Notes under the pieces: model-generated
The model's database searches: none
Seen by the model: the letters and a program-made list of their open reading frames with translations, nothing else
What the model was told of the DNA's origin: nothing
Position numbers and translations under genes: made by a program
In this document: positions 55,024 to 64,000 of the stretch, in pieces
Position numbering within the stretch: position 1 is the stretch's first letter
Layout of the letters: each line of letters opens with the position of its first letter
From: Octopus sinensis
Lineage: Eukaryota
NCBI RefSeq assembly: GCF_006345805.1
Contig: NC_043009.1
Coordinates: 23,312,001-23,376,000, forward strand
DNA length: 64,000 nucleotides
Direction of reading: 5' to 3'

Positions 55024-56624
55024 TTAACGTGTGTTCCGTTAGTTTGCTCGTTGTTGAATTAAAATAATCCTTCGAGCAAAGTAAAGGTGACTGCACTCTA
55101 GTGAATTCTCTTGAAGAGATCCTTACATTACAGCAATAAACGAGTGGTGAAATCTCCTTTTAACTCTTTTCAGATGTATTGAAATAACGGTTTCAAATTT
55201 TAGCACAGGGCCAGCAGTTTTTGAGGGGAGGGGGAATTTGAGTGCATCGAGCTCAGTACTCGAATGATACTTATTTCATCGACACCGAAAAGATGGAAGG
55301 CAAAGTCAACCGCATCGGAATTTGAACTACGAACGTAACGGCAGAAGATATACCTATTTCTTTACTACCCACAAGGGGCTAAACACAGAGAGGACAAACA
55401 AGGACAGACAAACGGATTAAGTCGATTATATCGACCCCAGTGCGTAACTGGTACTTAATTTATCGACCCCGAAAGGATGAAAGGCAAAGTCGATCTCGGT
55501 GGAAAAAAGGATGAAAGGCATATAAAGACAGACGAAACACCGCTAAGCATTTTGTTCGGTATGCTAACGACTTTGCCAGTTCGCCGCTTTAATGTAATAA
55601 GATAACAGAGAAACAATTCGACTATAGAAACATCCTGATATTTTGTTACAGTCTTTAATGTTCTGAGTTCAAATCCTGTCAAAGTCAATTTTAGTTTTCT
55701 GAAGTCAAATTTTGGCGTTATTCTGATGTCAAAAGAGAGAAAAAATGTACCAATCAATTATTGAAGTTGATTTAATTTTCTAACCCCTTCTCCACAAATC
55801 CCTAATCTTGTGACTGTGTTAGAATTAGTAGTAGACCTTATCACGGAAGCATTCTATTTTTAAGGCTCCTTATCACAGAAGCATCCTATTTTTGAAAGTC
55901 TTAAACGGAGTTCACTCTGTTACAAACAATCGCTTAGAGGATACAGTCCACACTTCCTCCCGCCGTCCCTCCACCTCCCGCCAGTCACAGAGGCTCTGCA
56001 AAGGGTCAACGGTACCGTTCTTTCCTCTTGGCTAAATTAACGGAAAAGAAAAATGTCGTATGTTTTTTTTTAATATATGTAAGTAGCCTACTCTGTAGTT
56101 ACGCAAGACATACGACACATGCATACAGCGCATACATACATACACACACATACATCTCTCTCTCTCTGTACACACACACGCAATATATATATATATATAT
56201 ATATATATATTACGGAGATGTACTTGCATAGCAAGTGACCTGATCTGGGATCGACTGCAGGAACGAAAACAATTTGCAGCGTGGAAGGTGTTTATAAGCC
56301 ATTTAAGAAACACACAAAAACCGTTAGATTCACTTCAACATTTAAATTTAATTTGCCAAAATATTTTCAAGTGCTCAATGCACCTTATGCAGTTTATCGA
56401 TATCCGCTATCTTTCTCCTAGGTCGAAATGACAATACCTTGAAGGTTAAATATATACTCTCTTTCCTGCTCTCTCTCCTCCGCCTCTCATGTGTATATAT
56501 ATGCGTGTGTGTGAAAACACACACACAAATATAAATACATATATATATACATATATATATTGATAAAACGGTAAGATAACAAAAGAAAGAAAGAGACCTC
56601 AATATTATGTAAATAGAGGAAATT

Positions 56625-56810
<186 letters not shown>

Positions 56811-56855
56811 CATATTTATATATATGTATGCATACATACACACATACACCATATA

Positions 56856-56928
<73 letters not shown>

Positions 56929-57084
56929 GCATAGCCATAAAATACTTATAGATGTGTATTTGTCCTAATAATTATCTCCTAATTATGTTATTATCTTCTA
57001 ATTAACAAAATTAGCTAATTCCAATGTTTTCCAAATAGATCAAAAATTCTCTTTTCAGCATTTATATTCACTATTACAGTTATA

Positions 57085-58336
57085 CGAGGGGCGTTCAATA
57101 AGTAATGCCCCTGACCCACTTCCCATAGCAGTAGAGCAACGACACTTGGCACAGTTATTAGTCTTTTCTTACATAGGAACTACCCAGAGTTATGCATTTT
57201 TCCCATCGTTTGATACAGCTCTGGAGACCGTTTTTGTAGAAGACCCCAGCTTGGTCCTCCAACCACGACGTGACTTCAGAAATCAAGGCTGCATCATCTG
57301 GTAAACGCTTTCCTTTCAAAATCAACTTCATGGCTGGGAAGAGGTGAAAATCAGAGGGTGCAAGGGGAGGAGTTCATAGCTGCACGCCTGTGCTTCTGAT
57401 CTGGCGACACGCGAGTTGTGGACCGGAGCGTTGTCCTGCAGGAGGAGGATGCCATCGCTGATCTTGCCCCGCCTCTTGATTTTGATAGCTTCTCTTAATT
57501 TCCTCAAAAGTGAAGCATAATAGGCTCCTGTAATTGTGGTACCCTTTGCCAGGAAATCTGTCATCACTACTCCGTCCTGGTCCCAGAAGACTGTGAGCAT
57601 AACCTTGTCAGCGGAGGGCTGCACCCTTGCCTTCTTTGGAGGAGGTGAGTCACGGTGCTTTTACTGCATTGACTGGGCTTTGGTCTATGGATCATAGTGA
57701 TGAACCCAGGTTTTATCCTGTGTGATCAGTCTTTTGAAAAATTTTGACTCATCTTCTTGGCACATCTCCAAATTCATCCTCGAGCACTCAACGCGTTCTT
57801 GCTTCTGGAAAGATGTGAGCAACCTGGAAATCCATCTGGCAGACACCTTTTGCATATGCAAATGGTCATGAATGGTAGTTTCCACAGACCCGGTACTAAT
57901 CTTGACCTTATGGGCTATTTGGCGAATAGTTATGCGTTGACCTTCCAAAATGGCAGCCTCAACTTGACGGACAGACGTCTCATCAACGGCAGAAGGGGGC
58001 GACCAGATCTGGGAGCTGTTTCCACAGAGTTCCGACTATGTTTGAATTCACAATGCCAGCGTTTTACAAGGTCATATGATGGGGCATCATCACCATAAGT
58101 TACTTTCATTTCATCAAAAGTCTCCCGTGGTGTGCGTCCTTTCAAATACAAAAACCAGATCACTGCTCGACACTCAACAGGCTCCATTTCACACTTGACT
58201 CAGTTCAAACACCTGTAAATCAGAAACCACAATAAGTTCAGAGCTGTAATTCGCCACTTAATCTATAGAGGTATAAATAAGTGCACAGCTAGATCAAACA
58301 AATGGGTCAGGGGCATTACTTATTGAACGCCCCTCG
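57085..58336 (-). mobile_element. Full-length defective mariner (DD34D-type) DNA transposon, 1252 bp
   Basis: Perfect 34-bp TIRs CGAGGGGCGTTCAATAAGTAATGCCCCTGACCCA at 57085-57118 and 58303-58336, with TA on both sides. The minus-strand transposase has WISRLL, TQDKTWVHHYDP, QDNAPVH and LAPSDF motifs. Confidence 0.95.
57158..58187 (-). pseudogene. Mariner transposase pseudogene
   Basis: ATG at 58187 to TAA at 57158. Lesions: a 1-bp frameshift near 57997, two in-frame stops (HYDP*TKAQSMQ*KH), and a deletion removing the HPPYSPD motif near 57365. Confidence 0.9.
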
Positions 58337-59113
58337 TATACAAACACATACACACATAAACACGTACACGAATAAACATGGATGGAATATTGATCTGTTA
58401 GTTTTATTCTCCCTCGAAGCAAAAGCTGTCCTATTAAAAATATGTACAGCTCACATGTTGTACCCCCGAGAAAATGATTGAATATACTACGGAATGAATA
58501 ATTATGGCATTAGTTTGAACACAGAACTAAATGTTGAAGCTTGCTCTGGAGATAAACAACAATTATAAAAATGAAATAATAAATATATATATTTCGTATT
58601 TTCCGGAATACAATTAGGACCCTGTAGACTAAAATTTACAACCAGAAAATGTCGGTCAACTTATACAGCGAGACGACTTTGGGAGACCAAATATTCTATG
58701 TTAAAAGCAATACGATTAGGAAAGATACTGCTGGTATTTCAATGTTTACATTACGTTTCCACCAAGTTGATTTTATTTTTCAGAAAATACGATAAACAAT
58801 ATTTGTTATATTTAATTTCAAAAATATTCATTCTACGCCTTTTACATTAATAGTACATGGGTTGATTTATGTTCGTCTCTTTTTCTTCTCATCTATCTAT
58901 TATGTTTTACCTCATACAGTCTCATTCACACAAATGCATGCGTTTGTGTACCGCAAGGTTGCAGACCTTTCTTTATTAATATAATATAGATATGTATATA
59001 ATATAATATGAATATACGACGGCGGTGCCACAGCTCGGTCAAAGCCCACCGGCTGGAACCAAAAATCAGTGAAAGGAGTAAAAGAGTCTTTAATATAATA
59101 TACTCTCTTTCTA

Positions 59114-59143
59114 TCAGGGGCATTACTTATTGAACGCCCCTCG
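59114..59143. mobile_element. Solo mariner TIR fragment
   Basis: 30 nt identical to 58307-58336, followed by TA and also preceded by TA. Confidence 0.85.
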
Positions 59144-59222
59144 TATATTCTTTCTGTCAAATAAGAATCTTTCTTATTAGTTCGACTCACCACAACCGTC
59201 CCGCCATCATATACATACATAC

Positions 59223-59323
<101 letters not shown>

Positions 59324-59969
59324 TGTATGTATGTATGTATGTATGTATGTATGTATTATCCAGGGATTTTCCCATATCTCTGATTAATTTATCTGCACTG
59401 GTGCCCTTCTATAATTCATTGATGCTGTTGAACTTTCGACTTCAGCCAGAGAATACTTAATTGCTGAAACACGAAACCAGAAGCCATACTGATTAGACAG
59501 CACTGCCTGCATCTTCTGATATCCATCTCCATAAGTCGTGTCTTTTCATCTATTGATCTAGATTCAAAATTCAGATATTTGCTTGCTATAAGTAAGAAAT
59601 TACTGCCTCGATTAAAGCGATTCGCTAAAAATATACTAATCTTAATATATACGCCTTCTGGTTTAATTTGATCCGTCATATTTTTTAACCGGTGTATTTC
59701 CTCACATAATCTCCCAACTATATTGATCCTGGGGTTTGCTTGGTGCTAGTAAGAATTTGACTGCCTTGATGAAGATACTTCAATTAAATATTTTAATTTT
59801 AATATCTTCTGGTTTTATTGACCTAAGGATTCGCTTTTTTTCTTCCAAGAATTACTGGAATCATATGCATTTTTAAAAATATATTCTGGATGCTATCAGC
59901 TTCTTTCTCATGTTCTTATTTCTGAAATCAGCAACATTGCGATCCGTGACATTGTTTCACTTTATACTC

Positions 59970-60394
59970 TCTTCTCTCTTTCTCTTTTACTTGTTTCAGT
60001 CATTTGACTGTGGCCATGCTGGAGCACCGCCTTCAGTCGAGCAAATCGACCCCAGGACTTATTCTTTGTAAGCCTAGTACTTATTCTGTCGGTCTCTTTT
60101 GCCGAACCGCTAAGTTACGGGGACGTAAACACACCAGCATCGGTTGTCAAGCGATGTTGGGAGGACAAACACAGACACACAAACATATACACACACACAT
60201 GCATATATATTTTTATATATACATATATACGATGGGCCTCTTTCAGTTTCGGTCAACCATATCCACTCACAAGGCTTTAGTCGGCCTGAGGCTATAGTAG
60301 AAGACACTTGCTCAAAGTTCCACGCAGTGGGACTGAACCCGGAACCATGTGGTTCGTAACCAAGCAACTTACCACACAGCCACTCCTACGCCTA
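59970..60394 (-). mobile_element. SINE family C (tRNA-like head, internal CA/TA tract). Other copies: 53950-54330 (-), 22005-22500 (+), 25695-26030 (+), 27135-27245 (+, partial).
   Basis: Mutually similar about 400-bp units with head GGCGTAGGAGTGGCTGTGTGGTAAG...GGTTCAGTCCC and body ...gccgaaccgctaagttacggggacgtaaac... Confidence 0.82.
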
Positions 60395-60713
60395 TGGGAC
60401 TGAACCCGGAACCATAATTATCTTAAATTATTGGACAATTATAACCGAGCAGTTATCTGTTCTGTTCGCCTTACCTCGTCTTGTACGGTTGTCGTACAAG
60501 TTAGCAGAGTTAGAGTGGTAACTGCCTTGTTTGTATTGTTGAAAGATAGAATCTAGGTACTGGAAGATAAGAAGGTAAACGAATTCATGAGCGATAGAAT
60601 TGTGAGGGAGTTAAAACGACAGGAGAAACAAGTTCCATTCGCTAGTTTTTTTTTAGGGTGACATTTTGGCAGTTTCGGAAATAATAATAATAACAATAAT
60701 AATAATAATAATG

Positions 60714-60764
<51 letters not shown>

Positions 60765-61080
60765 GCAAAAGGGGCTGATTGCTACCTATCTCAAATGCCA
60801 GGAAACCCAAAAAAAGGCAGAAATTCAAAAGATAGTGCTCATGGGTACTGCCCATATCCTACGTAAAATACTTTCTATGTAATCAAATTTTTTTAAAACA
60901 AACATATAATTTTCTTATGGTTTCTTAAACATTCTCTAGAACAACACTATGTAAAAAAAAATTAAAAAAATATATGGCACCCTAAGCATAACACCAACAT
61001 GAACTTCTAATTTGTCTCTTGGGGTCTCTGGGTGAGACTTGGAGCCAACTTGTACAAATGCAAAGCAAAAGTTAAACATA
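60765..61080 (+). mobile_element. R4/Dong-like LINE extreme 3' end
   Basis: YLSQMPGNPK/AEIQKIVLMGTAHILRKILSM* (TAA at 60880-60882), then a 3' UTR; flanked on both sides by (AAT)n. Confidence 0.75.
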
Positions 61081-61508
61081 AAATAATAATGATAATAATG
61101 ATAATAATAATAATAATAATAATAACAACAACAACAACAACAACAACAACAATAATAATAATGGTTTCGAAATTTGGCACAAGGACAACAAGTTCGGTTG
61201 TAAGTCGACTGCATTAACTCCGATATTCAACTGGTATTTATTTTATCGACCCCGAAAGGATTAAGTCAAAGTCAACCTCGGCGGGAGTTGAACTCAATAA
61301 TGATAATAGTTTCAAATTTTGGTACAAGACCTGTAATTTTAAGGGTTGGAGTTAAACGATTACATCGACCCCATTACCTCTCCGAAAGGATGAAAGGAGA
61401 TTTTGGCCTTAGCAGGATTTGCATTTAAAAAATTAAAGAGCCGGAAGAAATGCCGCTAAGCATTTTGTTCAACGCGATAACGATTCAGCCAACAACACAA
61501 CATCAATG

Positions 61509-61569
<61 letters not shown>

Positions 61570-61909
61570 AGTTTTCTTTAAAGTTCTATATTTAAGAGAT
61601 GAGGAATTATGTACATTATTTACATCTGGCGGATATTTGTCCTCATCTTGTTTGTTGTTAACACAATGTTTCGGGTGATATACCCTCCAGTCTTCATCAG
61701 GTGTCTTGGGGAAATTTCGAAAGAAGCAGCACATATGTTAGGACACAACAACCTCCTAAGCAGACCGAGTGCAGATATGAATAACATATAGTAACCGGTA
61801 TTAAGGAAGGATAGGAAAATATTAGATTTATATGCCCTAAAATTCACTCCATAATTGCGGGCTACTAATCCCAAGATTCCGAATTCGATTCCAGGCAGTG
61901 ACCTGAATA

Positions 61910-63850
61910 ATAGTCCTCTATAGAACTCTATGGTGGAATTTCCTCTGAACTGCACTGCCCAGTTGGTAGAAGGCTGTGAGTACCTGAAATTTCAGATGCC
62001 AAGCGTCCTGGCTGGGCCCTCACTTTATCTAGGACTGCAGTTCTATCAAAGAGATGAGCTATCGAAATACCCATCGTGCTTTATCATCAAGGAAACGCTG
62101 CAAGTGTCCCAGTCTCTGTGAACGTCTAACCAGTGCTTCACACGACGGACAACAAATAGAGTGACTGATCAATGGAAAGCGTCTCCACGAAAATGGGAGA
62201 GCAGGCGCTTCGTTCGGTAAGACGTCAACTGGAGCAAGATACAACAGCCAGGCGATGTAAAATATCAACACTTCTGCCCGGGAGAGGCACGTTCAACTTC
62301 CAGTAACCAGGGCCTTGCCAATGAAATTTATCTAGGTCGACCGTACATATCACAATTTTGGGCTCTATATAGCCAACAATTTTAGAATGTGGATAGCGTA
62401 TTCTTATCTACTAGTCTACAGAATATTATCTAGTTGCATTCTCTCGACCAATTTCTGAGTGAGATTGGTCACCTCAATTTTTTTCCACTCGGAGATCTGA
62501 ACCAAACCAGACTCCGGGCAAACCAGCCTCCATCCCCCATTCTGCTGCCAATTGCAGTTGGAGACTGCCAAGATGTCTCTATACAAATCAAGTCCACTAA
62601 GTAAAGCTTGTAGGGAAAGACCGTCTAAACCAGGTGACTTGCGTATCGTGCAACCAGCCTTCTGGACCGCAATCGAGTTTTTACAACACTCTACTTCTCT
62701 TGATGAGGGTTTCGGCTTCTCTTAATGAGAGTACTACCGTCGAGCTAGGTACTCAAATCCGGCCGAGTAACATGAACTCATTATTGTAAGCCAAAGACGA
62801 AATTGTGGATTCGTTGCGCATCCACCACTCGCTCCCATCGAACAGCTTTCCTCCTTTCGTGTCTTAGAGCACGCGCCTTAACTCTGGATACGTAGCTTTC
62901 GTGCTTTCCATTGAAGAATTTGTCGAATGCCAATCTCGTCCAAATTTTTAACTGTCTCCCTGTATTCTAGCTTCCTCTGTCGCTATGACCTTACTAAACC
63001 AAATCCATTCTACTCTAATCACTCTTTTCAAGGCAAACGACCATTGGTTGTTCATGGTTGACACCGTCAACAACCGCTAAATTAATTCGCTAATGAGATC
63101 TCTATAAGCTTAGCGCACCGGGAAAGGCACGTTCAGCTTCCAGTAACCAGGCCCTGCCAATGAAATCTATTTAGTTCGACCGTACAAATCACAATTTTGT
63201 GCTCTATATAGCCAACAATTTTAGAATGTGGATAGCGTATGCTATTCTTATCTACTAGTCTACAGAATATTATCTAGTTGCATTCGAAGTAACCCGATTC
63301 GGCTTGTTCATATCCATACTGACACAATCAAGGAATCCAGTCGGTACCTGTTATACAGTTGGAAATGTCTGAAGAGGTTTGTGAGGATTTTACACCACCT
63401 AATCCTATCAGCATTCCCCAAGCAATCAAAAAATGCGTTTAAGATTCGATCCATTCACCCTCTATCATTGAAGAGCAAAACTTTCAGGGGTAAAAAATCT
63501 CCAGAGGCCCGAAGCAATATAGTTGTTCTACACTGTCAGATAGACTTCTACTAGTCTGAAGATACCCACTTTGCTGCTATCCAGAACCACCAACTTAACT
63601 TTTGCGTCCATAAAGATGGTCCATATCGTGAAATTCAGGCCTTCCCGAAACAACACAGCCACAATTCTGGTCGACTTGGAGATGTGTATACCTCTTATCC
63701 ACCGAAAATAGGAGTGAAGGGTCGTAGTTTGAAAGTTTGGGTTTCACTGGTGGCTACCACATCTATAAGTAGTGACACGAAGTTGTTGAGCAATTTATTA
63801 GCATTTGCACTGACTATTTTAAGTAAGGCTATGTTAGATGGAAGAAGGAA
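61910..63850 (-). mobile_element. Degenerate, rearranged L1/Tx1-type LINE ORF2
   Basis: APE endonuclease motifs (IDVVATSET near 63770, VAVLFREGL, GPGYWKLN), an RT-proximal KSPGLDGL at 62617-62640, and a post-RT-like region ending GNSTIEFYRGL. Many stops and frameshifts; the RT core is absent. It may extend to the window end as the ORF1 tail. Confidence 0.75.
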
Positions 63851-64000
63851 AGTGAGAAAAAAAAACTACTTACCTCATTTCTGTGGAGAAACAAGTATCT
63901 CGTCCTTCTTGCTGGCTGTGGGTGTCTCCAGAAGTTCTTTATTCAATCTTTTGTTTTTATTCCCCACCATATCTTCTGTTCGATTGGGCATTTATTTATT

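Noticed and set aside
63868-63873. Minus-strand donor GAG|GTAAGT suggesting a gene entering from the right edge
   Set aside because: It lies at the ORF1/ORF2 boundary region of the L1/Tx1 remnant, and no partner exons were found.

Overview
Eukaryotic, AT-rich, extremely microsatellite-dense DNA, most likely from a cephalopod mollusc (Octopus-like). That assignment is inferred from the paramyosin sequence and the repeat landscape. The only supported protein-coding gene is paramyosin on the + strand, which I reconstructed by hand: 15 coding exons from 173 to 40785, a 23.2-kb first intron, and consistent splice phases, giving about 858 aa if exon 10 had its family-typical length. Exon 10 is locally scrambled in this sequence (in-frame stops, no usable donor), more likely a consensus error than a true null allele. 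The rest is transposon-derived or simple repeat: a full-length dead mariner with perfect 34-bp TIRs plus a solo third TIR, a DD37D (maT-like) fragment, a piggyBac-type MITE, a probable hAT MITE, three R4/Dong-like LINE 3' ends sitting in (TAA)n arrays, a rearranged L1/Tx1 LINE, and several tRNA-derived SINE families. Almost all ORFs in the supplied track are microsatellite artefacts. I found no convincing novel multi-gene system. The most interesting signals concern how repeats interact with paramyosin splice sites and how (TAA)n arrays collect retroelements.
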